Part shown: piece after piece, positions 39,581-50,018 of the stretch | Layout: each line of letters starts with the position of its first letter | Numbering within the stretch: position 1 is the stretch's first letter | NCBI GenBank assembly: GCA_050014495.1 | Contig: JBEKDF010000001.1 | Location: 160,001-224,000 of the forward strand | DNA: 64,000 nt | Source of the DNA: Candidatus Bathyarchaeia archaeon | GTDB taxonomy: Archaea; Thermoproteota; Bathyarchaeia; TCS64 | Direction: 5' to 3' | Translations under genes and position numbers: made by a program | Notes under the pieces: model-generated | Database searches by the model: none | What the model was told of the DNA's origin: nothing | What the model saw: the letters and a program-made list of their open reading frames with translations, nothing else

Positions 39581-40137
39581 TTGGAGCTTAATGAGACCAT
39601 ACTCGGACGACGCAGCTGCAGGAGCTACGACCAGACCAAACACGTTTCCCAGGAGATGATGAGGGAGATCATCTACTATGGGACTTGGGTTCCCTCGGGG
39701 ACGAACAGCTAGCCGTGGAGGTTCACTGTTCTCAATGGGGTGGCGAAGGCGGAGTTCATCAGCCTCCATAGGGCGGACCTTGAGTCGAAGAGGGCGGAGA
39801 TGACTGAACAGGCACAGAACATCGCCTTTTGGAGCTGCACAAGCCTCGAGAAGTCGGATGTCGTCGTCCTCGTCTGGGACAAGGAGAAGTCGCTGACAAG
39901 TCCGCAGAGCATTGGTGCCTGCATACAGATGATGATGCTTAAGGCACACGGGTTGGGTGTGGGCTCCCTCTGGACGCTGCCGTGAGGTGGAGCAGGGATG
40001 AGATCATAAAGAAGTATGGCCACCCCGATTGGGAGCTGATCGCCGGGGTCGGCTTTGGATACCCATCTGAGAAGATGATTGGGAAGAAGGGGCCTTCAAG
40101 GCTCCCCATAGAAGAAGTCGCCGAGTTCCTCGGCTAA
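39581..40137 (+). pseudogene. Nitroreductase pseudogene (premature TAG plus frameshift)
   Basis: ILGRRSCRSY...PSGTNS*PWRF (TAG at 39710-39712 replaces the conserved Gln), then LKAHGLGVGSLW, a frameshift near 39975, and ...AGVGFGYP...RLPIEEVAEFLG*. Confidence 0.8.
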
Positions 40138-40682
40138 GGCTTCTGTGACTGGGCTTTAACAGTGTCCCTTATCTCCTTGGCCTCGTCGCCAACTATCTCG
40201 GCGTGCCAGAATCTCATTAGCTTACCCTGGTCGATGCCTGCTTTCTGATACTCGGATGCCTGAATCACCATCTCCAACTTGTCGCAGTCCCTGACGAGCT
40301 TCGCCTCTTGTGTTATTCCCTCCGAAAATTCATGCCAAGTAGATGAATATACAGCCTGAATATCAGGGGGCAGATTGCTGAGTAACCTACACATTGCAGC
40401 GTCTTCCCTTCGTCTGAAGCCAGCTTCATCTGATCCTTTCTGTGTCGGTGTGAGATCCCCGATCTCTACCTCAGCGAGGTCGTGGAGGATGGCCATCCTT
40501 ACCGCGTTGAGTGTGTCAAGTTTCTTTGCATCAGAGAGAATCATCACAATTAGGGCGACACGGAAACTGTGGTCTGCCACCGACTCAGGGTCGTGGACGC
40601 CGGATTCTACCCAACCGGTCCGATGGAGTCTCTTCAGTCTCCCCGCTTCGGTTATGAAGTCAATGATCCCGTATGTGTCCAT
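40134..40682 (-). CDS. HD-domain hydrolase (YfbR/HDDC2-like nucleotidase)
   Basis: LKRL.RTGW, ESVADHS, HDLAE..IGD, EAKLVRDCDKLEM. Confidence 0.88.
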   Translation of the reverse strand: MDTYGIIDFITEAGRLKRLHRTGWVESGVHDPESVADHSFRVALIVMILSDAKKLDTLNAVRMAILHDLAEVEIGDLTPTQKGSDEAGFRRREDAAMCRLLSNLPPDIQAVYSSTWHEFSEGITQEAKLVRDCDKLEMVIQASEYQKAGIDQGKLMRFWHAEIVGDEAKEIRDTVKAQSQKP

Positions 40683-40934
40683 GGATTGGATGTTGCTAGA
40701 AGCTATTTGAGTGGTTTCCCGTAGACAAGCCACTTGTTCTCCTCCCAAGGTCGGCGCTCCGCAGTAGTGTTATCTCCGCTTCGCGTCCTGTTCTTCGAGA
40801 CATCCTCGGTGTTACCATAGTTGATCTGATTCAGGTTTTTGAGTAGACTCATCATTCTTGAGGGATATGTCGGTCCATGCTCTCGAGCTTTTCACACGCG
40901 CCCGCCTCAAAGCCGGACAAAAGGTGAGGTGTAA

Positions 40935-41435
40935 TCAACTCGGCCCTATTTTGTTGACCACATCCCAGATGGCGAGTCCCTCCCTCTCAGCGAATTTAAG
41001 GACGTTTTCTCCTATCCACGGCTTATCCCTGCATTCTAGCCTTATAGCCTCGAAAAGGACGGATGGGGTACATGGGGTCTTTAATTTCTGGTTCTCGATA
41101 AGTATTGCGAGGTTGTCGGCGAAGATAAGGGCGCGGTCTAGCTGGGTGACTGGTTTGACGCCGGATCGGTAGTCGTGTGCCCTTATAGCGTGGAGACTTG
41201 TCTCGGGCAACTTCTCTGCAAGTATCTCCGCGGCTAGATTACCGTGGCGCGGTGGGTCGTCTACTGTAGCGTCGTAATCGAGGTCGTGAAGGAGCCCGAC
41301 GATCCCCCAGTCTTGGGGTATAGCGGAGAACTCAGTTGCTAGGACCTCCATTATCCGGGCTACTAGAATCGAGTGAAATAGCTTGCTGGAGCCCTCCAGT
41401 AGGCGGTGAGCTTCCCACTCAGTTATTCCCGCCAT
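40935..41435 (-). CDS. HDIG-domain hydrolase
   Basis: HS..V...M, GLLHDLD, HG, AIRAH, AD. Confidence 0.8.
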   Translation of the reverse strand: MAGITEWEAHRLLEGSSKLFHSILVARIMEVLATEFSAIPQDWGIVGLLHDLDYDATVDDPPRHGNLAAEILAEKLPETSLHAIRAHDYRSGVKPVTQLDRALIFADNLAILIENQKLKTPCTPSVLFEAIRLECRDKPWIGENVLKFAEREGLAIWDVVNKIGPS

Positions 41436-41833
41436 CGATTGTAGATGGACATTGAACCTTAAAAGATAGAGTAGTTAACGGGACTAACAATGAGATATAT
41501 TTTATACTTAATCTGACAGTGCGTGCGATCAGGGTCTCCCCCATGGAAGAGGAGGAGGGACTGGACACCGAAGCTTGGTGAGTCATTATTCGAGTAAGTT
41601 CCATCCGTTTCTTTTCATAACTAATATCGCAGATAGACGAGGGAAACAAAGGACACTCTTTTCCGGTTTTACCCCATGAAACAAACATCCCAAAAAGGGA
41701 AGAAAAAGGAAAGGAGTCCTCAGAGTAATTAGAACCTAATAACATTTCAGTTGATGCCGAATAATACACAAACATGTGTATTTACGACATGTATACCATC
41801 CTGAGTAAGTAGTAAATAATCGTTCGTAGATTT

Positions 41834-42217
41834 GTGCAATTGGTTGATTTGAGCGGCACAGTCTATTTCATAGGCGTAGTCGAGAAGGTCGAGGGGGACT
41901 ACTCCACTATACTAATCTACCCTCAGTACACTCTAGGGCTCGACGGCCTCGATGCCTACAAGCGGCTCTACATACTCTACTGGCTACATCAGGGGGATGA
42001 CCCAGCGCGCAGGGCTACTCTCAAGGTAGTTCCTAGACGCCACGGAGCGACCGAAGAGCGAGGTGTCTTCTCCACTCACAGTCCCCACCGACCCAACCCA
42101 ATAGGTCTAACCACCGTCGAGCTCCTAAACATCGAGAAAAACAAACTCCTCGTACACGGCCTCGATGCTTTCGAGGGCTCCCCAATCATCGATATAAAAC
42201 CAGAGGAAGACAACTAG
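41834..42217 (+). CDS. trmO: TrmO/YaeB-family tRNA (t6A37) N6-methyltransferase domain protein
   Basis: GLDGL, LYWLH, GVFSTHSPHRPNPIGLT, GLDAFEGSPIIDIKP. Confidence 0.85.
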   Translation: MQLVDLSGTVYFIGVVEKVEGDYSTILIYPQYTLGLDGLDAYKRLYILYWLHQGDDPARRATLKVVPRRHGATEERGVFSTHSPHRPNPIGLTTVELLNIEKNKLLVHGLDAFEGSPIIDIKPEEDN

Positions 42218-42301
42218 TCCCCTTAATACCATACACGACTCCGGGACAGAGACTAATCATTAAATATCATCCATCCCCCTCAAGAGGTGAGGCACAACCC
42301 G

Positions 42302-43423
42302 ATGGTCAAGACCACGGTATCACTTATTAAAGCCGATATAGGAAGCGTCGCGGGACACTCAGTCGTCGCCCAACCACTCTTCACGATAGCGAAGAAGAAG
42401 CTCGCCGAGGCCCAGAAGCAGGGCCTCATAAACAGTTTCTACGTCTTCAATGCAGGAGACGACCTGGAGCTCCTGATGACGCACTTCAAGGGTGAGGACA
42501 ATCCGGAGATACACAAGCTCGCGTGGGACACATTCCTCGCCTGCACCAAGAAGGCGAAGGATCTTAAGCTCTATGGAGCAGGACAGGACCTCCTACGTGA
42601 CGCCTTCAGCGGAAACGTTAAGGGGATGGGCCCCGGCGTCGCTGAGATGGAGTTTGAGGAACGCGGCAGCGACCCCGTCGTCGTCTTCGCGGCCGATAAG
42701 ACCGAGCCCAGCGCCTTCAACTACCTCCTCTATCGCGTATTCGCCGACCCAAGTAACACCGCCGGTCTCGTTATCGATCCTAAGATGACTGGTGGCTTCA
42801 AGTTTGAGGTCTTCGACGCATATGATGACAAGAGCGTCGTACTGGAGAGCCCCAAGGAACTCTACCAGCTCATCGCTCTCATCGGCGCCACGAGCCGATA
42901 TATGGTGAGTAAGGTATGGCGCACAAGTGACAGCGAGATAGTCTCCACGAGCAGCACGACGAAGCTCAGCCTCATCGCCGGCACGTATGTAGGGAAAGAT
43001 GATCCCGTCTGCCTCGTCAGGGGGCAGAGCGGCTTCCCCAGCGTCGGAGAGATCATCGCCCCCTTCCAGCACACCTACCTAGTCGCGGGTTGGATGCGTG
43101 GTAGTCACTGGGGGCCATTCATGCCAGTGGGGCTCAAGGACAGCAAGTGCACAGTCTTCGACGGTCCGCCGAGGATAGTCTGCCTTGGCGTGCAGATCAG
43201 CAACGGGAAGCTCGCCGCAGACGATGACGGCAACCCCCTTATAGTCGACTTCTTCGAGGACGTCGCCTTTGATGGCGCACGCCAGGAGGCCATCCAGATG
43301 AGCCAGTTCCTCCGTCGCATGGGTGAGTTCGAGCCCGCCAGACTGGGCCCCGAGGCCATGGAGTACACAACCCTCCCCCAGGTTCTCAAGGCCCTCGAAC
43401 CACGCTTCAAGAAGAACAAATAA
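42302..43423 (+). CDS. fbp: Bifunctional fructose-1,6-bisphosphate aldolase/phosphatase
   Basis: IKADIGS, GDD, LYGAGQDLL.DAFSGN, DKTEP, YVGKDDP, GWMRGSH, EYTTLP. Confidence 0.96.
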   Translation: MVKTTVSLIKADIGSVAGHSVVAQPLFTIAKKKLAEAQKQGLINSFYVFNAGDDLELLMTHFKGEDNPEIHKLAWDTFLACTKKAKDLKLYGAGQDLLRDAFSGNVKGMGPGVAEMEFEERGSDPVVVFAADKTEPSAFNYLLYRVFADPSNTAGLVIDPKMTGGFKFEVFDAYDDKSVVLESPKELYQLIALIGATSRYMVSKVWRTSDSEIVSTSSTTKLSLIAGTYVGKDDPVCLVRGQSGFPSVGEIIAPFQHTYLVAGWMRGSHWGPFMPVGLKDSKCTVFDGPPRIVCLGVQISNGKLAADDDGNPLIVDFFEDVAFDGARQEAIQMSQFLRRMGEFEPARLGPEAMEYTTLPQVLKALEPRFKKNK

Positions 43424-43570
43424 TCGGACTCCGGTCACCTCTTACAGTCCTTTTTCTAACATACAGTGAAAGGAGACGCTTATTTGGAACTGTTTAAATG
43501 ATTATAATTATCTAGTCAATTAAATCCTAATAATTCATATTCCGCCAATCCGCAGGGAATCTTGATCATT

Positions 43571-43777
43571 ATGAAGACAAGCGCCAGGAACCTGATCGAG
43601 GGGAAGATAGTGAAGGTCGAAACAGACAAGATCATGGCTTTGGTGAAGGTGGAGACCAAACCCGCTGTAGTCACCTCCATAATAACCAAGGAGTCCGCCG
43701 ACGACCTCAAACTAAAGGTCGGGGACCAGGTCAAGGTCATGATCAAGTCGACGTCCGTGATACTAGTGAAAGAGTAG
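43571..43777 (+). CDS. Mop/TOBE molybdate- or tungstate-binding protein
   Basis: SARN, TSIITKES...L.L..GD.V...IKST.V. Confidence 0.9.
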   Translation: MKTSARNLIEGKIVKVETDKIMALVKVETKPAVVTSIITKESADDLKLKVGDQVKVMIKSTSVILVKE

Positions 43778-43881
43778 AATTACTCCTTTGATTTTTCCAG
43801 CACAAAGATAGATGTCCTAACAGTCGAGAGTAACATAAGGTGGCAGTACGCTGAGGTGAGTGCAAGATACTATCCAAAGGG

Positions 43882-44721
43882 TTGAGTAATCGAGTCATAA
43901 AGCTCGGCGACCTTGAGTGCCGGGTACTGTACGATGGTTCCCGGACAATTGGGGCCATGACCAGCGGCTCAGCGAGAAAGTTCATCTTTGGTGACGCCCC
44001 GGATGATGAGCTTGACACCTGCCTTAGGCCCTACGGTGGAATCGACTCATTAACCCAGATCCCGTTCAACTACCTCTTGGTGAGGGGTAAAGACCACACT
44101 ACGCTACTAGATACGGGCTGTGGCGACCAGTCAGAGAACGACAAGCATCCCGACGAACCCGCTGGGCTACTCATCGATAGTCTCCACAAAGCAGGACTGA
44201 GTGTAAAGGACGTTGATACAGTGATCATCTCGCATAGCCACTGGGACCACTTTGGCGGCGCAGTAGTTGATGGGGAGATCACCTTCCCGAATGCCTACTA
44301 TGTGATGAGCGATAGAGAGGCTGAACATATCAAAATCAATACTAAGGGCTGGGCCCTCGATTACCTCCACCTTATAGGGGACAGATTGAGACTCGTCCCC
44401 GACACAACCGAAGTAAGCCCAGGCATAACAATGAAGACCTACCCCGGTCACACACCGGGCATAACTGTAACAGAGGTCACCTCGAACAGCGAGACCCTCC
44501 TCTACACCTCTGACCTAATCATACATCAGGCCCACATAGAGCACACTGACTGGATCCCCTCCTTCGAAACCGACCGTACAGCTGCAAAGGCGAGCAGAAG
44601 TAAATTGATTAATGAGGCGTGTGAGAGAAATCTACTGCTCTTCGTCCCTCACATTCCCAGAAGTTTCGGAAGAATCACGCGTGATCCTTCTAGGTACAGG
44701 TGGACGGATGAACCAATTTAA
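43882..44721 (+). CDS. Metallo-beta-lactamase-fold hydrolase
   Basis: LLDTG, SHSHWDHFGG, PGHTPG, SD, H. Confidence 0.88.
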   Translation: MSNRVIKLGDLECRVLYDGSRTIGAMTSGSARKFIFGDAPDDELDTCLRPYGGIDSLTQIPFNYLLVRGKDHTTLLDTGCGDQSENDKHPDEPAGLLIDSLHKAGLSVKDVDTVIISHSHWDHFGGAVVDGEITFPNAYYVMSDREAEHIKINTKGWALDYLHLIGDRLRLVPDTTEVSPGITMKTYPGHTPGITVTEVTSNSETLLYTSDLIIHQAHIEHTDWIPSFETDRTAAKASRSKLINEACERNLLLFVPHIPRSFGRITRDPSRYRWTDEPI

Positions 44722-44972
44722 GGGATAAATTTTATCTTTTGTTTTAATGCACGCGCGAAGCCACCACCCATCTCCATCGAACAAGCATGCACGATTCCAC
44801 GGCCCACAGGGTCAACTATGTACGGTGTATGCAATAGACATTGAGCACCGTCTCCAAATCAAGAGCACATTATTGAATGATCTCCCGGATGTCGACTGCA
44901 TGCAACAAACATCCACGTTCCATCCCCGACCACGGCGCAGAATTTAATTAGTCTCATCCAAAGTCTAGTTAG

Positions 44973-45290
44973 ATGAAGAAACAAACGGTCATTGATCCCC
45001 TCGATGACCCGAAAGCGGCGCTAAGGACCCTGTTCGTGCTATCTGGTCAAAGGGAGGGAATGAACGTGATGGCCATGTATATGGTCATGAGTGAGAGATT
45101 TGGGGTCGGTAGACCCGCCACTGACTCGTCGTGTGAGGCGTTGGTTGGCGCTGGTTTGGTTGAGGTGAATGAGGTTAGGAGGGATGGTCGTAGGTTCAAG
45201 GTGGTCAAGTTGACGGATAAGGGGTTGAGGGTCGCGGTGAAGTTTAGGGAGATCGTCGGCATCTTGCAGGGGGACAACGAGAGATCATAG
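44973..45290 (+). CDS. Winged-helix DNA-binding protein (MarR-like wing)
   Basis: LVGAGLVE...DGRRFKVVKLTDKG. Confidence 0.6.
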   Translation: MKKQTVIDPLDDPKAALRTLFVLSGQREGMNVMAMYMVMSERFGVGRPATDSSCEALVGAGLVEVNEVRRDGRRFKVVKLTDKGLRVAVKFREIVGILQGDNERS

Positions 45291-45346
45291 ATTGTTGGCA
45301 ACCGTAATCGGATAAGTGGGGTGGGTCATTCACCTGCTCCGCATGT

Positions 45347-45933
45347 ATGGGGATTGTTTGGGCTGAGGTGAAGCCAGAGACTAAGCCTGAGGTGCAAGCT
45401 AAGCTGACCAAGAAGCAGAAAGCCAAGATTTACAAGAAGCTCCTCAATGTGGAGGACCCGGATGCGGTCGATAGGAAAGCTGTCTCATCTCAGTTGGGTA
45501 TTGATGCCAGAGTACTTGGAGGCATGCTTAATGTGATGAGGAACTTCCCGAGTGTCCACGACGAACTAGCAAGATGGGCTACACTGAAAACCAAATACCC
45601 ACCTGGATGGCTCGAGCTAGTCCAGCTACTCCTGCCACTCCTGTCACTCCTGTCACTCCTGTCACTCAATCTACCCCTCAACCCGCTGGAACCCCCGCTA
45701 TAGGGGGCGTTTCTAAGAAGACAGGTGAGAGTGGAGTGGGTGGGGTGAGTCAGCCTGCTCAAGGGAAGCCTACTGCACTTGACAATGCTAACAGAATGCT
45801 TGGGCCGGGTGGACAACACATAGAGTCCTCGGGAGCGACGCCCTCCAGCGCTGGACTCAGGAGAACGCCATCGAGGAGAGGGAGGGAACCTACTGGCAGA
45901 GGAGCATATGAGGAAAAACGCAGCAGGATGTGA
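45347..45933 (+). pseudogene. Possibly frameshifted hypothetical gene with a Pro/Thr-rich linker
   Basis: ORF 45347 (...HDELA) and ORF 45574 (MGYTENQ...PATPATPVTPVTPVT) would fuse with one extra base at ctagcaagatg. Confidence 0.3.
45622..45666. repeat. 9-bp tandem repeat (CCTGTCACT), five copies, two degenerate
   Basis: ccagctact cctgccact cctgtcact cctgtcact cctgtcact. Confidence 0.85.
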
Positions 45934-46047
45934 CCGACCAGCCCAATTTACAAGTTGACATCTTACAATTTTACGGATTTGCAAAAATCAACTTTATAAC
46001 TCTACTAGTATGGTTTGACAATTTGACATCTCGATAGGATATGTATT

Positions 46048-46986
46048 CTAGAAATTAGACATGACTCTATCGGCGAAGAGGGGTATGTCCTCCATGTCTG
46101 TGAAGCTTAGGGTGATTAGCCCAATCCCCCTATCGACGTACTCCGCCATCTGCGACGAAACTCTCTCGGGTGTGCCGAAGCCGGGACCTAACCTCTGCTT
46201 AAATGCCTCGGGTGGTTGACCGCGCATCGCGGCTGTCCTAGTGAGCTTCTCTTCCGCGTCGGACTCATTCCTTCCGAGGAGGATGCTGAAGCCCGTCGCC
46301 TTCCTGATCGAGTCGTAGTCCCTGCCAACCTTGTCACAGTGGCCGCGGAGCGCGGAGATCTTCGACTCCAGGATCATCAAATCGCCGGTAAAGAAGTGGC
46401 TGATGTCCGCGAACCTCGCAGCGAGCTGGAGGGTGACCTTCTCCCCACCACCCCCGACCATTATAGGGATAGGCTTCTGCACCGGCTGTGGTTTATTAAG
46501 GACATTCTCTACATCGTACAGCTTCCCCTTGTAGGTGAAGTGCTCGTTCGAGAACATACCCTTGCAAATCTCGAGGGTCTCCCTTAAGCCACGGAACCTC
46601 TCGGCTGTTGGTGGGAAACCACCCATGAAGCCATTGAACTCGTCCACATGCCACCCTGCGCCGATGCCGAATATGAGCCGCCCACCCGAGATGATGTCGA
46701 CACTTGTAGCCATCTTCGCCAGCACCGTGGGCCGCCTATAACCATAACAGCCGACGAGCGGCCCGAGCTTCACCCGCTTCGTCACCGCGGCGAGGCTCGA
46801 AAGTAACGTCCAACACTCAAGGGGGTGGTTACCCTCCCCCTTCGGGTTCCACATATTCATGAAGTGATCAGTCGTCGTGAACAAGTCGTAACCGTGCGCC
46901 TCTACATTGAGACACGCGTCCCGCATGTAACTCCAGTCCTTCCCCTCCGAGGGCAGGTGGACTCCAAACCAGACATCCTTCGCCAT
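46048..46986 (-). CDS. LLM-class (probably F420-dependent) oxidoreductase
   Basis: DHF, LE.WT.L..LAA.T.RV.LG, YR.P..LAKM...D.ISGGRL..GIGAGW, P.P.Q...PI.VGGGGE. Confidence 0.9.
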   Translation of the reverse strand: MAKDVWFGVHLPSEGKDWSYMRDACLNVEAHGYDLFTTTDHFMNMWNPKGEGNHPLECWTLLSSLAAVTKRVKLGPLVGCYGYRRPTVLAKMATSVDIISGGRLIFGIGAGWHVDEFNGFMGGFPPTAERFRGLRETLEICKGMFSNEHFTYKGKLYDVENVLNKPQPVQKPIPIMVGGGGEKVTLQLAARFADISHFFTGDLMILESKISALRGHCDKVGRDYDSIRKATGFSILLGRNESDAEEKLTRTAAMRGQPPEAFKQRLGPGFGTPERVSSQMAEYVDRGIGLITLSFTDMEDIPLFADRVMSNF

Positions 46987-47187
46987 GCAAATCAAGGAAT
47001 AATAGGAGCCCACTGAATTAGAACGTTACCAGTTATCTGAGCATAAGTGAACAATACGCGCCGATGTTTACACGTGACGATGTTCATCCATAAAGCGGCA
47101 ATCGTCATCAGCTTCTTCCTATTGCGCCTACTAGACTTTGCGTGAATACACCTTTAAACGCGGCTCGAGTAACAAACCGTGACCTCG

Positions 47188-48495
47188 ATGACCGAGTACC
47201 AGCAGTCCGTAGAATGGCTCTTCCAGGTCAGGAGATTCGGCCCAGAGAGGACACTCGAACCCATCATCCGCTTAACTTGGCTGCTCGGCGACCCCCAGAA
47301 CCGGTTCAAATCCATCCACATTGCCGGTACCAACGGAAAGGGGAGCACCTCAGCGATGATAGCAAGCATCCTCAGAGCCGCAGGCTACCACGTCGGCCTA
47401 TACACGAGCCCCCACCTAGAAAGGTTCACTGAGAGGATAGTCGTCGACGGAGAGGAGATACCCGAAGAGGATGTTGTGAGGCTCATCAAGCTCATCAAGC
47501 CCCTCGTAGAGAGGCTCGACGCTGAGCCACAGAGGGTACACCCCCTCTTCTTCGACATCGTAACCGCCATGGCCTTAAAGTACTTCGAGGAGTTGCACGT
47601 CGACTTCGCCGTCCTCGAGGTCGGGATGGGCGGCAGACTCGACGCCACAAACATTGTCAACCCCCTCGTCTCAGTCATCACCAACATAAGCCTAGAACAC
47701 ACCCAGGTCCTCGGCGACACAGTCCTGAAGATCGCATACGAGAAAGCAGGTATAATTAAGCCCTGCAGCATTCTCATCACAGCCACGCAGGACGACGCCG
47801 TCTACTCCCTTTTCGTAGAGAAGTGCAAGAGCCTCAACACAGAGATCCACAGAGTCGGGGGCGACATCACATTCCGCAGACTAGGGGCTGACCTCCACTC
47901 GCAGAGCTTCGAGGTCAACGGCTTAAAGGGGAGCTACACACTCCAGACTTCACTCCTCGGAGGCTATCAGCTCTACAATGCAGCAGTAGCCATCGGCGCT
48001 GTCGAAGCCCTAAGCCACAGTAATATTGAGGTATCTGAAACTGCCATTATGCGGGGCTTCGCCGAGGTCAGCTGGCCAGGCAGACTGGAGATCATGCAGG
48101 AGCATCCTCTCGTCGTCCTCGACTCGGCAAAGGATGCTGAGGCGACTCATGCTCTCGCCGAGGCCGTCGAGGAACTCCCACATTGCAAGCTCATAGCAGT
48201 CGTCAGCATAAGCAGCGACAAGAACATACCTGAGATGATCCGGCATATTTCCTCAGTCGCGGACGAGTTCCTCGTCACAAGCCACAGCGTCATGGGGCGC
48301 GCCGCTGAAAGGGACTTTATCGGAGGCGAAGTAGCCAAATATGGGTTACCCTGGGTGTCGATTGAGAAAGTGGAAGACGCCGTGAATGACGCCCTAGCTA
48401 GGGCGGAGGAGAGAGATATGATCCTCGTGACGGGCTCCGTCTTCGTTGTAGGTGAGGCGAGGAGAATCTGGAAGGGTACAGGTGGAGGTCTCTAA
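47188..48495 (+). CDS. folC: Folylpolyglutamate/dihydrofolate synthase-family ligase
   Basis: HIAGTNGKGST, YTSPHL..F.ERI, EVGMGGRLDATN, EKAGIIK, WPGRLE, VTGSVF. Confidence 0.88.
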   Translation: MTEYQQSVEWLFQVRRFGPERTLEPIIRLTWLLGDPQNRFKSIHIAGTNGKGSTSAMIASILRAAGYHVGLYTSPHLERFTERIVVDGEEIPEEDVVRLIKLIKPLVERLDAEPQRVHPLFFDIVTAMALKYFEELHVDFAVLEVGMGGRLDATNIVNPLVSVITNISLEHTQVLGDTVLKIAYEKAGIIKPCSILITATQDDAVYSLFVEKCKSLNTEIHRVGGDITFRRLGADLHSQSFEVNGLKGSYTLQTSLLGGYQLYNAAVAIGAVEALSHSNIEVSETAIMRGFAEVSWPGRLEIMQEHPLVVLDSAKDAEATHALAEAVEELPHCKLIAVVSISSDKNIPEMIRHISSVADEFLVTSHSVMGRAAERDFIGGEVAKYGLPWVSIEKVEDAVNDALARAEERDMILVTGSVFVVGEARRIWKGTGGGL

Positions 48496-48611
48496 AAAAG
48501 AGACTTCACGATAGCAGACGCCTCCACGATTATGCTCTCCATCATCATTTACGAATTATAATAACCCCGTCTTAATCATCACAGATCTTCCGGGGAAGTG
48601 ATGATTAATTA

Positions 48612-50018
48612 TTAGATGAGTCCGATGAGCTGCCAATAAGGTACACCCACTAAGAGGACGATAGCCACTGAGACTAGACTCAGAATCACGCCGTAGGATA
48701 TCATCTGCTGCTCCGTGAACCAGCCCTCCGTATGGAAGATTATATTGGGTATCGTGTTTACGGGGAGAATGACTGCGACCGGCGCTAATAAGGCGACGGG
48801 TAGGGCGAGTAAGATTGGGTTAGCTCCCTGATTATTTGCCAACCCGATGACGACGGGCATCATCACCGTCGCGTAGACGGTTGTGCTAGTGAAGATTAGG
48901 TGGAGCATCATAGCCACCAACACAATGGACCCGATGAATAACGCAGGGGACAGGCTACCCAGACCGACTGCCTGGAATATTCCTGTGGCCACCGGGTCCA
49001 GAGCCTTATACTTACCCACAACCCTCGCGAGAAACATTGTGGCCGCGAAGAGGGCTATGCTCCCCCATGGAACGGTTCCGCTGAACTTATTGATCTCCAT
49101 CACCCCCGCCTGGGGTAGGAATAGGAGTAGACTCAGGGCTAGACTAATCAAACCCACGTTGAAGGGATTGAAACGCTCCGTTATCCACAGGATTAAGGCG
49201 ATTATGAACATCACGGCGACGATCATCTCCTTCTTAGTGACGGGGCCTAGCTGGTCCCTGATCCCGCAGATCCTGTCATAGGTTTCCTTTGAGGCCTCTA
49301 TCTCGGGCTTGAACATCAGGGTTATGAGGAGGTAGCTCACCGCCAAGAGGAGAATGGTGATGGGAAACGCCATTCTGAACCACTCCCCCCAGTCGAGGCG
49401 GAGAGGGGTGGAGACCGCGATGTACTCCGCAGAGATCGGGTTGGGAACTGTGGCTGTGAGGAAAGCCGTACTGCAGATGTTATTCGCAGTCATAGCCATA
49501 AGCATCACAGCAGCGCCGAATCGACTCCTACCCTTTTCAACGCCGAATGACTCCACGAGCCCGATGCAGATGGGTAGGATGATGAAGGCCTTCGCCGTCG
49601 TGCTAGGACTGAGAGGTGCGATGGCTAGACTAGCGACTGCTATCGCCAAGATCACGTTCCTGGGTTTGCAGCCCATCGAGGTCATGATCTTAAGAGCTAT
49701 CCGCCTCCCAAGACCACTCTCCTCCATTGCCTTCGCGAGGATGAAACCACTCAGGATTATCCAGAGTCCACTAGCCCCATAGGTGTTGAAAAGGCTCGTG
49801 ATGAAGTCACGGACGTTCAGGCTCGCCTCGAAGACTGCTATGAGGGCAATCACGAGGAGGCTCGACTCAAAGTGCCTATTCGGGTAGAAGCTCCAAAGCA
49901 CCAAAGCGAGGAGGACCACACCTAGGATCTGATTCTCGATCCGACCGAGTGCAAGATAGGTGAATACTAAAATGGTTAGGACTGTGGCCGCGTACTTGAG
50001 CGCGTCCACTGACCTCAT
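48612..50018 (-). CDS. DASS/SLC13-family divalent anion:Na+ symporter
   Basis: AME.SGLG.RIAL, PSTTAK, FLTA..PN, W.EWF, FTSTT, PVNTIPN. Confidence 0.85.
   Translation of the reverse strand: MRSVDALKYAATVLTILVFTYLALGRIENQILGVVLLALVLWSFYPNRHFESSLLVIALIAVFEASLNVRDFITSLFNTYGASGLWIILSGFILAKAMEESGLGRRIALKIMTSMGCKPRNVILAIAVASLAIAPLSPSTTAKAFIILPICIGLVESFGVEKGRSRFGAAVMLMAMTANNICSTAFLTATVPNPISAEYIAVSTPLRLDWGEWFRMAFPITILLLAVSYLLITLMFKPEIEASKETYDRICGIRDQLGPVTKKEMIVAVMFIIALILWITERFNPFNVGLISLALSLLLFLPQAGVMEINKFSGTVPWGSIALFAATMFLARVVGKYKALDPVATGIFQAVGLGSLSPALFIGSIVLVAMMLHLIFTSTTVYATVMMPVVIGLANNQGANPILLALPVALLAPVAVILPVNTIPNIIFHTEGWFTEQQMISYGVILSLVSVAIVLLVGVPYWQLIGLI

Noticed and set aside
39710..39712. Possible pyrrolysine or amber read-through in the nitroreductase
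   Set aside because: The TAG replaces a conserved Gln by a single transition, a second frameshift follows, and no pyl genes are in the window.
45622..45666. CRISPR-like repeat
   Set aside because: 9-bp contiguous units with no spacers and no cas genes.
48500..48610. C/D-box sRNA candidate (two TGATGA boxes on the minus strand)
   Set aside because: No correctly placed CTGA D or D' boxes.
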